Shown here piece after piece: positions 36,665 through 47,217 of a stretch of DNA of 64,000 bases. Under the pieces are notes generated by a model. That model was not told the DNA's origin. It worked only from the letters and a program-made list of their open reading frames with translations, and did no database searches. Position numbers and translations under genes: made by a program. The stretch spans positions 1-64,000 of the IMG/VR virus record IMGVR_UViG_3300050132_000112. The stretch is one strand, 5' to 3'. This DNA is from a virus. Position 1 is the first letter of the stretch; every line of letters starts with the position of its first letter.

Positions 36665-38157
36665 TAGTTTTGTGATAAGCGAAACACAAACATGAAAAAA
36701 TACTATTTTATTTATTACAGTTGTTATCGGATTAATTGGCCGAAAAACTTTCCCGTAAACTCTAATCCCACCTACAATCAGGGCATAATCGACATTCATC
36801 CAATTAAATGGCAGTTGGAAACCAACAAGGAATACGACAAAGAAATGCCGTTAGGCGACGGTAAGTACTCTGAAAACTATAAGATTATTAGTTGGCAGGA
36901 ATTATCAAAAAAAGAATACGATGAGTTTGAGGGATGGGTTGGTTAATATGGAAAATCTTGAAATCGGCGATGTAATTTCAGAATATCGAGTTGGAAACAT
37001 TATTTATCAAAAAACTTATATAGGTGGTAACAGTTGGGTAATAATACCCTTATTTTTAGAAATTGAACAATGGAAGAAAATCAAATCGTAAAATCGGGTG
37101 CAGATGTAGTTAAAATAGCCAAGACAGGCTTTATCCCAAAAACAGAACCTATAAAACAGGTAGCAAGTTATCAACCTGCTTTAAAAGGTCACGTAATTGG
37201 CTTACAAGACAAGTTACAACAGTTAAACCATTTCAAGGCGGTTTCAGATGATAGCACCGAAACAATGGTGTTATGCCAAATGACGGAAATTGTTAAAATG
37301 CAATTACACGCAGGTGCAAAGGCTTTATCGGTATAAGTATGACATGGGAAGAAATAGAAATCGAACGTCTTAAAAAAAGAGATGCTCAGTTAAAAAGTGA
37401 TTTTGTATTAAACAACATTGACTTTTTTATTGAGAATGTCTTGTTATTAGATATACAATTACCATTATGAAGTGGTTAATTAACTTATTTGGCAATAAAA
37501 GAAAGGTATATGAGCAACGATATATTGTTAAAAATCCTATTTTGTCGGTTATGGGTATCTATTCAAAATCAGATATGCCATTGGCTTTCAAATTTATTGA
37601 AATGGACAAATTTGACGTGGCTATACATAATGAGGTACCGAGAACATGTTGCTATACCTTGGGATTGAATACTATTTATTTCTTTTCAGATTTCAATATC
37701 ACAAAAGTAATTGTTAACGAGGTTTCCGAGGAGCAAATGAAAGTTGAAATAGAACATTATGAAAAATCACATTTACTATATCTAAAACAAAAATACCCCA
37801 ATATTTAAAACGCTTCCAATGAAAAAGACTAAATCAGTATTCGATGTTAGGGCACTTAGTAATCAAATCGCACAACTTGCATTTAATGATTTGAACGGTA
37901 AACCAATTGACCCACTATCTCCCGAAATGTTAAAAGAGTATGCTAATGCTACGGGTAATTACTATCCAACGCATGACATGATAGAAAACCAAAACAAAAT
38001 ATTTGAGGCATTATATCCATTAACTCCAGAGGAATGTTATCCGATTAGCCAAGAGGGTATTATAGCACAAGTTGAAATGAATGGTGGTACAGTACCCTAT
38101 AATAGTTCAAACAACGTAAGTTTTGATGAAGCAGTAAAGAGATTAAAGAATAGGTAG
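36665..38157 (+). other. accessory cassette of small genes (36692, 37070, 37467, 37819 and two tiny ORFs) with own promoter
   Basis: TAGTTTTG at 36665-36672; ends at terminator 38232-38258. Confidence 0.6.
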
Positions 38158-38231
38158 GTTCGATACCTACAAAGCTGTGAGTAAGGTTCCCTGCAAAGGC
38201 TATGTTCACATAGTACCGTAAGACAGCAATT

Positions 38232-38258
38232 AGCCTTGTAGAAATACAGGGCTTTTTT
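38232..38258 (+). terminator. intrinsic terminator
   Basis: AGCCTTGTA-GAAA-TACAGGGCT-TTTTT. Confidence 0.8.
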
Positions 38259-38276
38259 ATGCTATTTTTGGTTCAA

Positions 38277-39089
38277 ATGAATTTACTCTCAAAAGAAAAA
38301 AAATACCACTTTACTTATCAGACCAAAAACCTGATTAATGGAAAAACCTATATAGGTGTTCATAGCACTAATAATGTGTATGATTCTTATTTGGGAAGCG
38401 GTGATAAACTTTTTTATAGTATTAAAAAATATGGCAGACATAATTTTAAAAGAGAAATATTAGATTTTTTTGATACAAAAGAAGAAGCTTTAGCCGAAGA
38501 AGAATTTTTAGTTACAAAGGAGTATGTTGCCCTTAGAGATAATTACAATATTAATTTAGGTGGATTTATGCCACCAAGTTTTTTAGGAAAGAAATTAAGC
38601 CCGGAACATCGACAAAAACTAATTACAAGTAAGATAGGGTATGTGACATCGGAAGAAACTCGTAGGAGAATAGGGGAGGCCTCTAAAGGGCGACCATGCT
38701 CTCAAGAAACAAGAAAAAAAATATCATCTATTACGAAAGGAAAGATAAATTTAGGACCCAAATCGCCAGAACACTTAGCCAAACTTCGTGAATCTTGGAA
38801 ACACAAACCACCTGTATCTGCCGAAACAAGAGCAAAGCAAAGTTTAAGGCAAAAAGGCAAAAAAATGCCGGAGGGGAATGGGTATAAAATTTGGGAGAAA
38901 AGGCGTTTAAGCATTAAGCCGATGTGGATAGTTGTTTATTCTCATGTTGGGAATGTAAAAATTGGCATGTTCCCGACTATAAAGGAAGCCTCTATTTCGG
39001 TTGGAACATCAATCGCAGCAATTACAAAGTTGCTAAATGGCACCACAAAAAAGCATAATAAGTTTAGAATAATAAAAGGATTAGCATGA
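38277..39089 (+). CDS. GIY-YIG homing endonuclease with NUMOD3 repeats
   Basis: YQTKNLINGKTYIGVH..YLGSG; SEETRRRIG-type repeats; promoter TATTTTTG 38263-38270. Confidence 0.9.
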   Translation: MNLLSKEKKYHFTYQTKNLINGKTYIGVHSTNNVYDSYLGSGDKLFYSIKKYGRHNFKREILDFFDTKEEALAEEEFLVTKEYVALRDNYNINLGGFMPPSFLGKKLSPEHRQKLITSKIGYVTSEETRRRIGEASKGRPCSQETRKKISSITKGKINLGPKSPEHLAKLRESWKHKPPVSAETRAKQSLRQKGKKMPEGNGYKIWEKRRLSIKPMWIVVYSHVGNVKIGMFPTIKEASISVGTSIAAITKLLNGTTKKHNKFRIIKGLA

Positions 39090-42000
39090 GCCAGTTAGAT
39101 AGTTTGAAGCAATTTATTGGCGGAGGGATGGATAATGAATCTGCTTATCCTGATATATTAAAGCAGGATTGGATAACCCAGTTCAATGGTCGTGTGACGG
39201 GGACTTCAGAAAGCGAAAGCGGTTACGTAACCAACATAGAAAGCAACGTACTTGTCCCAAACACACTAAGCACCGGTATCAACCAATGTATAGGGGCAGA
39301 GGGATTTGAACTGTTGAGGGGTGCGATAGGCTTTATCTACAACTCCGCAGGCTTTCACCAAATAGCATGGTTAAACTACGATACCAACACTATCACCACT
39401 TTATTTACCGACAAAACCAATTCAGGGGGCATATCTATCCTACCACTTAACCCACAGTTTTACGTTTGTGACATTAAGCTAATTGACAACGACTTCATAT
39501 TTTTTACGGATAACAATTGTGAGCCGGGATTTTTCAACCTGACTAAACTAATGGCAGGCGGTTATGGAACGTTGCTACCCGAAGACTTAAAGTTGGTTAA
39601 GCCACAAATATTACCGCCGCCAACATCTGTTTATAATAACGATGCGGGACGACCATCAAACTTATTAAGAGAGAAAATATTTCAGATCATAGCCCAAGCA
39701 GAGGGATTTGACTATACTTTTAGTGCATGGTCAACACACTCCAAAAGAACCGTACCCACAAGCGAAAGTACACCAACCGTAGGAACAGACGTAACGGTAA
39801 ACAATAACCTAATTGTAAGTACCGATATAGGCAACTCAAGGGTAATGACCATTAATATTGGTGCACGTTATGATAACCTTGATTTTGTCATGGTTAAAGT
39901 GGTTGACAGGGCTTATGTATTGGCACTACCAAATACGGCAGTTAATGTCGCTAATGAGGTTTATGAGGCTTACGACCCAACAACTAACCTATATTCCTTT
40001 GCTTTTTATAATGACGGTGTATATCCCGCTATTGACGTTTTAGAAACTGATTTGGCGTATGATAAAGTTCCATTGTTGGCAGAAACATGCGAGAATATCA
40101 ACTCCAACGAGATAGCCTTAGCAGGCATCACAGAGGGCTATACAAGACCAGTAACGCCTGTTGTGGTAAAAGCAGTAGGTTATGACCCTAACGTTACGGT
40201 AACGCCACCAACGTCTTATATACCATTATCTATCAAGTTTATCTTTCCCGGTGAAAGTGGTAGTGGTGCAGGTGACCATAAACGCATCATGCAGGTGCTT
40301 TATACAGGCGTACCAAAAACGGGCGATATACTCACCATTACACTTGCTGATATCAGGAACGCTACGGCAACCAACGTTTATTCTTATACCGTTCCATCGT
40401 CGCAGAACAACAACTTGGCGGCTGTTATAAATTCATTCGCACAAACCATACCTAACGCCTCCCAATTTTCAGATGATGCCTATGCTACCACTAATGGCAT
40501 ATCATTCATTGGGTCGCCTTATTACGGGTTACAATCGGCAACCATAACGTTATTTAATGCAGGAGTTACAATAAGTAAGTCGGTGCATGGATTTTTAGAT
40601 AATTCATCCTATCAAGCGGCACTATCATTCAGGGATGCTTACGGACGTTTCTTTCCTTTAGACACCGATAACACTTTTGTCTTTAATACACCGTCTTTTG
40701 CGCAGTTATTAGGGCAGTCCCCTGCAATGTCATGGACAATACAAAATGCCGTTGCCCCTGTTGGTGCGGTAGATTACCAATGGCTAATATCCAAAAACAC
40801 AAGTGCCACTAAGGTACTTGATATTATGGCGGGGTTGATAAATTATGTTGGCGGTTGGAACGCACATACGAATATACCTGCATTAGGACCGTCAAGCGCA
40901 CCCGCAGGAACAGCCTATCAAATTACCGTACCTAACCTATCTACCGATACTGGCTATAATTTAGGTAATGGTTTTGTCAATTATAAAACAGGGGATTATG
41001 TGATTTCAGATGGTAATGTGTGGAATGTATTGCCGGGAGAGTTTGGCGACTTAACATCCACAGGTTCTTATTTAGCCTTTAGTTTAGCCCCGTTAGCGGC
41101 ATTCAACAAAAAGAACGCCTCCAACGTAACGGAAAACTCTATCCTGTTCTATGATTTTACCGTTGGCGACAGGTGTACCCTACATTATTACATTGATGGA
41201 AGCGGCAATAAAGTTTATATTAATAATCCATGTGTTGATTTGGATGTGGTTGCTTATGACCCTTCCACTAATTTAGTTAAGGTGCGCAAGTCTGCATCCT
41301 TAGACCCCGCAACCATAGCGGGTAAGGATGTGTTTTTAAGACTATATACGCCCGAATTAAAATTAGATGTAGAAAGTACTACCACGGCTAATGAAATTGT
41401 CTATTACGAGATTGGAGAGCGTTTTACCATTACTAATGGGCTAATGAATACCTTATCAGGAACAATAACCGATGGGGATGTTTATTTCAAAAGCCGTGAA
41501 ATGGTGGGCTATGTTGACCCGAACACGCTTTATGAACTAAAGGCAACAGATTTTAATTTCAGCGATTTCTACATATCTAATTATACGTCTTATGGCAGAC
41601 CACGTACCTATGATGATGAATTAGAGAGAACATTAAGGGCGGCATCTATACGGTATTCTGAAAACTACATTTTAGGTTCTAAAAACAACGGATTAACACG
41701 GTTCTTCCCTGAAAATATTTATGGTGACGGACCGGGGGAAAGTTCATCTTCTTACGGCACAATTCTAAAGATACAGCAGCGTAACGAAAGCCTGATTTGT
41801 ATTCAAAAGTTAAAGGTTGGCTATATTCCTGTTTACAGGTCAATATTGGAAGATACCGCAGAACAGAAAAACTATGCTATTTCTGAAAAGATATTCAACA
41901 AAATCGAATACAATAATAACCTGAATAAAGGTATTGGTATAGCCAAAGAAAGTTACACCTACTACAACGGCACAGCTTATTGGATAGACAGCTATCATTG

Positions 42001-43735
42001 CCAGCCTATACGGGACGGACTTGATGGAATGAGGGTGATAAGTGGTAAAATGAATAAGTACTTCAAAGACACGCTTAAAACCGCTTTCGCCAACAATAAC
42101 AAGGTAACAAGCTACTATGATGTGTATAACGAAGAATGGGTAGTTACTATTCAACTACCACAAAACGTTGTTCAATCCTTCGCCTTTAACACAGATAACT
42201 GGCAGTATTTAGAAAGCTATACCATATTACCTACCGATATTACTTTGGTAAATAACCCATCACACGGTACAGTTGCTTTTAATGCTACGACAGGCGTTGC
42301 CACCTATACCCCAACAACCGGCTATACAGGTGCAGATAACTTTACATTCGTGTTCAATCAAGGCGGTAACTCTGTTACTAAAAAGGTTTGTATCAATGTA
42401 GCCGCAGGGGTAACAACGGTCAACCTATTCACGTTTGCAGCACAAACAGGTGTACCGTTAAGTACGGTAATAAACTCCAATACCATATCCATACAGGGCA
42501 ATACCATAGCCGTACCAATCAGCATTACAGGCGGTCAATATGCTATTAATGGGGGTTCATTCACTTCATTAGCAGGTATAGTTAACCCTAACGACATCGT
42601 ACAGGTAAGGCAAACAAGTTCGGCAAGTACCAATACAGAAACCGACACTACCCTATCTGTTGGGACACCACCACAGACAGGCGTTTTTGCTGTCACTACA
42701 GGAACAACAGCAGTTAATCCATTTTCATTTACACCTAAGGTAAATCAGCCATTAAGCACTTTAATAACTTCCAATATAATAACAGTAACGGGCAATACTA
42801 TCCCAGCAGCGATCAGCATCACTGGTGGACAATATAGCATCAACGGAGGCTCATTTACTAATGTAGCTGGTACTGTTAATGCGGGAGATACAGTACAGGT
42901 GGAAGTATTATCATCAGCAACAATAAACACGCTAACATCAACCACTTTGACCATTGATACGCAAACTGGAACGTTTGATGTTACCACCTTAGAATTTGGT
43001 AACGTAGCAATAGATGATAACTATAGGAAGAATGATTGTATCTCTGGCGAAACTGGTACTTTTGTTCACGTTAGTATTGCCGCTAATACTTATTTTGATA
43101 GCACGCAGGCAGGTGCTGATGCGCAGGCACAAACGGCGGCTCAGGCAGAGGCTAATTCAGAAGGAACTTGTTTACTTGATACAACCATATCTACTGTATT
43201 AGTAGATTACATAACAGATACAACCGCTGATTTATGTTGCTTTGTGGAAACTACTGGACTATCAGAAAGCGGACAAATAGTAACGGGTACGATAGAAAGT
43301 CCAAGTGGCCCACTATTATTGCCTAATGATGGCACAGACCCATCAAATTGTTTCTTATTATCTTCTGATAAATTAACAGGGGCAGTAGGATGGAGGTTTG
43401 GTATCAATACTGCTTATTTTGCCGCTAAATACGGTGGAACAGCATTATTAAGTGTAACTATCAGGATACAAGGCAGAGATGTATCATCGGGTGCGGTAAC
43501 ATTAAGGGTTGGGCCACGTCCAATAACCGAGGGTTACCTAATATTGGGCGGCAGTCTGGGGGCAATGGAGCCGGGAGTATCTTCTGGAACGTCTGTACCT
43601 ACGAATTATACAAGCCATATAGGTTCTGGTGCTGACGGTACAGTCGGTACAGGCGTAGGTGCACCTGTACTTGATTTAATATATACTTTTGCAGTAGGGA
43701 TAACACCTGATTCATTAGCAGTAACAACGTATTAA
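39086..43735 (+). CDS. tail stabilisation/muzzle protein, N-terminal part with Ig-like decorations
   Basis: FFTDNNCEP; SIRYSE..NGLTRF; YYDVYNEEW; Big_9-like, two tandem repeats and DUF5977-like segment. Confidence 0.7.
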   Translation: MSQLDSLKQFIGGGMDNESAYPDILKQDWITQFNGRVTGTSESESGYVTNIESNVLVPNTLSTGINQCIGAEGFELLRGAIGFIYNSAGFHQIAWLNYDTNTITTLFTDKTNSGGISILPLNPQFYVCDIKLIDNDFIFFTDNNCEPGFFNLTKLMAGGYGTLLPEDLKLVKPQILPPPTSVYNNDAGRPSNLLREKIFQIIAQAEGFDYTFSAWSTHSKRTVPTSESTPTVGTDVTVNNNLIVSTDIGNSRVMTINIGARYDNLDFVMVKVVDRAYVLALPNTAVNVANEVYEAYDPTTNLYSFAFYNDGVYPAIDVLETDLAYDKVPLLAETCENINSNEIALAGITEGYTRPVTPVVVKAVGYDPNVTVTPPTSYIPLSIKFIFPGESGSGAGDHKRIMQVLYTGVPKTGDILTITLADIRNATATNVYSYTVPSSQNNNLAAVINSFAQTIPNASQFSDDAYATTNGISFIGSPYYGLQSATITLFNAGVTISKSVHGFLDNSSYQAALSFRDAYGRFFPLDTDNTFVFNTPSFAQLLGQSPAMSWTIQNAVAPVGAVDYQWLISKNTSATKVLDIMAGLINYVGGWNAHTNIPALGPSSAPAGTAYQITVPNLSTDTGYNLGNGFVNYKTGDYVISDGNVWNVLPGEFGDLTSTGSYLAFSLAPLAAFNKKNASNVTENSILFYDFTVGDRCTLHYYIDGSGNKVYINNPCVDLDVVAYDPSTNLVKVRKSASLDPATIAGKDVFLRLYTPELKLDVESTTTANEIVYYEIGERFTITNGLMNTLSGTITDGDVYFKSREMVGYVDPNTLYELKATDFNFSDFYISNYTSYGRPRTYDDELERTLRAASIRYSENYILGSKNNGLTRFFPENIYGDGPGESSSSYGTILKIQQRNESLICIQKLKVGYIPVYRSILEDTAEQKNYAISEKIFNKIEYNNNLNKGIGIAKESYTYYNGTAYWIDSYHCQPIRDGLDGMRVISGKMNKYFKDTLKTAFANNNKVTSYYDVYNEEWVVTIQLPQNVVQSFAFNTDNWQYLESYTILPTDITLVNNPSHGTVAFNATTGVATYTPTTGYTGADNFTFVFNQGGNSVTKKVCINVAAGVTTVNLFTFAAQTGVPLSTVINSNTISIQGNTIAVPISITGGQYAINGGSFTSLAGIVNPNDIVQVRQTSSASTNTETDTTLSVGTPPQTGVFAVTTGTTAVNPFSFTPKVNQPLSTLITSNIITVTGNTIPAAISITGGQYSINGGSFTNVAGTVNAGDTVQVEVLSSATINTLTSTTLTIDTQTGTFDVTTLEFGNVAIDDNYRKNDCISGETGTFVHVSIAANTYFDSTQAGADAQAQTAAQAEANSEGTCLLDTTISTVLVDYITDTTADLCCFVETTGLSESGQIVTGTIESPSGPLLLPNDGTDPSNCFLLSSDKLTGAVGWRFGINTAYFAAKYGGTALLSVTIRIQGRDVSSGAVTLRVGPRPITEGYLILGGSLGAMEPGVSSGTSVPTNYTSHIGSGADGTVGTGVGAPVLDLIYTFAVGITPDSLAVTTY

Positions 43736-43737
43736 TT

Positions 43738-44655
43738 ATGGTACAAGCACTCGAAAATACTCCCGTATCTATCGATTTAACTATTTCTGCTCAAGATACA
43801 GGGTGGCAAATCGATGGGGTTGTAGCGACACATTCACAATGTAACAGCGGCAATCTTATAAACAAAAACTACCTTATTGTGCCGGGATTAAGTTATACGT
43901 TTACCTACCAAATAATCAGCATATCGGCTGGTCAATTATTACCCTCATTGGGTGGAGTAAACGGCGTATCACGAACAACAACAGGTTTTTTCAGCGATAC
44001 CATAGTAGCTACGACAAATGCACCGTTAAAGTTCTTTTCGGACGCTACGATGAGTATGCAGACATTTGCTATTCAGCCAACACCTTTGGCACAAACATCG
44101 TACATAACAAATACCATAGCCTATGCCGAACTATTAAACAAGTGGACATCGTATTACACCTTTGTTCCCGATAAGGGCTTTAGCATGTTTACAGACACGT
44201 TCACCTTTAATCAGGGTGCAATGTATAAACATGCCCACGGAAGTAACAGCCGAGGTAATTTCTATGGAGTTCAGTTTGGTTGGCGGTTAAAGTTTGTAGA
44301 GAACGAAAATACTACCATTGCTAAGACTTACGAAAGTTTGGCATATCAGGCAAATACACTGTTGGTAACAACTCCATCAGGCATTTCCACATCATTAGGT
44401 CAAATATCAGAATTGATGGATGTAGACTTTTTACAATATACTTTGCAAGACGGTGCGGTAAGTGTAAATGTTTATACTAAGGACGGACTTTATTCAGCCA
44501 CGATACTACGGGATAGCAATGACGATATTAATACAGGCGACTATTTAAAAGGCAACTATATGTTAGTGGAGTTAACCAATTTTGACCCGACAGCAGCAGT
44601 TGAACTATTTACCATTGATATAAAATCTGCTAAATCATTCAATAATATACGTTAA
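43738..44655 (+). CDS. tail stabilisation protein, C-terminal part
   Basis: TIAYAELLNKWTSYYTFVP..NFYGVQ..LKGNYMLVEL. Confidence 0.65.
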   Translation: MVQALENTPVSIDLTISAQDTGWQIDGVVATHSQCNSGNLINKNYLIVPGLSYTFTYQIISISAGQLLPSLGGVNGVSRTTTGFFSDTIVATTNAPLKFFSDATMSMQTFAIQPTPLAQTSYITNTIAYAELLNKWTSYYTFVPDKGFSMFTDTFTFNQGAMYKHAHGSNSRGNFYGVQFGWRLKFVENENTTIAKTYESLAYQANTLLVTTPSGISTSLGQISELMDVDFLQYTLQDGAVSVNVYTKDGLYSATILRDSNDDINTGDYLKGNYMLVELTNFDPTAAVELFTIDIKSAKSFNNIR

Positions 44656-44680
44656 TAAAAAATCCCTACATTTATACCCA

Positions 44681-45145
44681 ATGGAACAGGTAGCAGAAAC
44701 ACAGGCAAACATAGCTAAACTCAATGCCCAAATTGATGAGATAGAGGCAGAAATGGCTAAATACCCGCAAGTGGTATGCCCGTTAAAACACACGTTTACC
44801 AAAGGCATGTATGCCCGTGAAATATTCATGCCTGCCGGTAGTTGGATAATCAGTGAAACCCACCTTACACAGCATCAATACGTCATTTCTAAAGGTTCTG
44901 TAAGCGTTTGGATAGACGAGGTTGAGTATTTACTTCAAGCACCATATAGCGGCATTACAGAGGCTAATACAAGGCGTATGCTGTTTGTTATAGAAGATTG
45001 TGTATGGACTTGCTTTCATCCTACCAATGTTATGCCTGAAAATGATAGCCCCGAAGCAGTTGCCAAGGCTGTTAAGAAAATAGGAAATAAAATTCTAAAA
45101 CATAGGTTTGGAATAGACAAAAAGAAAATGGAGGTACTCGTATAA
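44681..45145 (+). CDS. cupin-like phage protein
   Basis: HTFTKGMYAREIFMPAG..H..H..WTCFHPT. Confidence 0.7.
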   Translation: MEQVAETQANIAKLNAQIDEIEAEMAKYPQVVCPLKHTFTKGMYAREIFMPAGSWIISETHLTQHQYVISKGSVSVWIDEVEYLLQAPYSGITEANTRRMLFVIEDCVWTCFHPTNVMPENDSPEAVAKAVKKIGNKILKHRFGIDKKKMEVLV

Positions 45146-45822
45146 TGGCATGGGTCGGAATAGGCATAGCAGGCGTATCAGCAGGGGCTAAGATAATCAG
45201 TGGTATTAGCCAAAAACATCAGGCTAATCAAATTAACGCAAGTAACATACGTCCTGTTCAGTCGGTTGACCCTGCTTACCAACAAAACGTTAATCAGGCA
45301 GAGCAAATGGCGCAAACAGGTATGCCGTCACAACAGTACAACAATTCCTTAAACAGCATTAACCGCAATCAAACAGGCGGTTTATTGGCATTAAGCAGAA
45401 GTCCTAACCCATCAGCGGGAATAGCAAGTACCATACGTGCGGGTAACGACGCTACTAATAGCCTCGATGCTACAAGTGCGGGTATGCGAAACCAAAACAT
45501 ATTAAACCTAATGCGCCAAAGGTCAATATTGGCTCAACAGAAACAAAATGCTTTTGACTATAACAACAAGGATAAGTACTCTGAAAACTTAGCTAAGTCA
45601 CAGGCACTATTAGGTGCAGGCAATCAGAACATCAACAACGGTCTTAATGACGTTGGTTCGGTAGCGGGCACAATGTTAAAAGGCAATATGTTCAATAGTG
45701 GTAATGGTATGGGAGCGTATAATGCAGTAGCACCACAAGCCGCCGCCTATAACCAAGGACAGTTAGATAACGGGAATTATAACTTCAATCAATACCTAAA
45801 TTCTACAAGACGCAATGGATAG
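45145..45822 (+). CDS. putative ejection/internal virion protein
   Basis: Gly/Ala hydrophobic N-terminus, Q/N-rich. Confidence 0.65.
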   Translation: MAWVGIGIAGVSAGAKIISGISQKHQANQINASNIRPVQSVDPAYQQNVNQAEQMAQTGMPSQQYNNSLNSINRNQTGGLLALSRSPNPSAGIASTIRAGNDATNSLDATSAGMRNQNILNLMRQRSILAQQKQNAFDYNNKDKYSENLAKSQALLGAGNQNINNGLNDVGSVAGTMLKGNMFNSGNGMGAYNAVAPQAAAYNQGQLDNGNYNFNQYLNSTRRNG

Positions 45823-47215
45823 CAACGCAGCCCTTTACGGTGTCGGGCGTGGAAACGCATATGTTATTCAAGGCAATCCCGGTATTGGACTTTTGCAGGA
45901 CATGCAGAAGAAAACCGCATTGGCACAAGCACAGGCACAAAAACAAGCCGATCTTGAAAATGCGCAAAATGCAGCGTCCTTACAGAAATTAGATTACAGT
46001 AAAACAAGAGAAGCCGACCAACCGCAGTTTATAAGCGACTATGGCGACATACAAGGCACTTTTAATAAGCTAAGGACAACTACCGACCCTACACAAAGAA
46101 TAATCCTCAATAACCAACTACAAACCCAACAGAAAGACTTTTTACACAAAGCCGCTTTATCACAAATGGCGTTGGAGAACCATAAAAACCTACGTCAGTT
46201 TGCGCTTAATCACTCTAATGATATACGGGATGGATATACAGGTGATTTAGATAACGCTGATAAGGTAAGCACCTTTTCTAATGACTATCAACCCGCTTTG
46301 GATAAGTTAAACACCAATCCATTAATTACGCCGTTTGACCAAGCCGCTTATGAGAAGAAAGTATTGCCTACGGCATTGACACCTGTAAGCGATTATGGCA
46401 CGTTAAAAACAACTAAATTGGCTAATGGTGCTACAATGACCCAACAGGAAAATGGTAGTGATGTTGATTTGAATAAGCTAAAAACCCAACTACATAACGA
46501 CTATCAGTTAAACAATAAAAGCGGCATAAAACAATATATCAATGGTAAGGTGCAAGCTAACGGTAGCGATGCCAATGCCGAGATAGATAAATATGCACAG
46601 GACATCTATAACCGCAGCCAACCTAATTACGGTAGTGAGTTAATAGCCCCTAAAGGACATATTGTTGAACCACAGAAACCTGATAAGTTCTACGAGCACG
46701 CTATGTGGCGTTTAGACCATCCAACAGCATCACAACAAGCCGCCAATGCACCTACTTACTTTGACGACCTATCCGAAAGGATGAGAACGGGAGTGCCGGG
46801 GTCTGGTGAAGAATTTTCACAGAACTTAGCCCAAAACCCCGACTATAAAAAAGGCTTGAAGATAGATGATACTAATCCAAAGGCAGTTAGGATTACTGTT
46901 CCTGCTAAATACAAGTTTGACCCTAAACAAGTGGAAACAGACGATAACGGAAAACCTATACCCAATAGCGGTAGGGTAGTAGTTAAACCTGCTTACACAG
47001 CAGTATTGGATAAGACAGACCCTAATCAATGGACGGCAGGATTTTCAAGGATATACAAAGACGTAACGGGCGACCAAAACGCTAATCCAACTAAAGCCAT
47101 GACTATTTATGGTAAGGGTAAAGTACCGGGAGGTTTGTCTAAATTTACCGCACCAACAGCAGGCGCAAATCCCGTTAACAAACATAAAAAAGCCGCATCT
47201 GATTACGGATTATAG
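45815..47215 (+). CDS. putative ejection/internal virion protein
   Basis: Helical Q/A-rich, position. Confidence 0.6.
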   Translation: MDSNAALYGVGRGNAYVIQGNPGIGLLQDMQKKTALAQAQAQKQADLENAQNAASLQKLDYSKTREADQPQFISDYGDIQGTFNKLRTTTDPTQRIILNNQLQTQQKDFLHKAALSQMALENHKNLRQFALNHSNDIRDGYTGDLDNADKVSTFSNDYQPALDKLNTNPLITPFDQAAYEKKVLPTALTPVSDYGTLKTTKLANGATMTQQENGSDVDLNKLKTQLHNDYQLNNKSGIKQYINGKVQANGSDANAEIDKYAQDIYNRSQPNYGSELIAPKGHIVEPQKPDKFYEHAMWRLDHPTASQQAANAPTYFDDLSERMRTGVPGSGEEFSQNLAQNPDYKKGLKIDDTNPKAVRITVPAKYKFDPKQVETDDNGKPIPNSGRVVVKPAYTAVLDKTDPNQWTAGFSRIYKDVTGDQNANPTKAMTIYGKGKVPGGLSKFTAPTAGANPVNKHKKAASDYGL

Positions 47216-47217
47216 CC

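Noticed and set aside
38119-38227. Complete tRNA or tRNA-associated theta (HDV-like) ribozyme
   Set aside because: No D or anticodon arm; could not build HDV P1/P3 pairings
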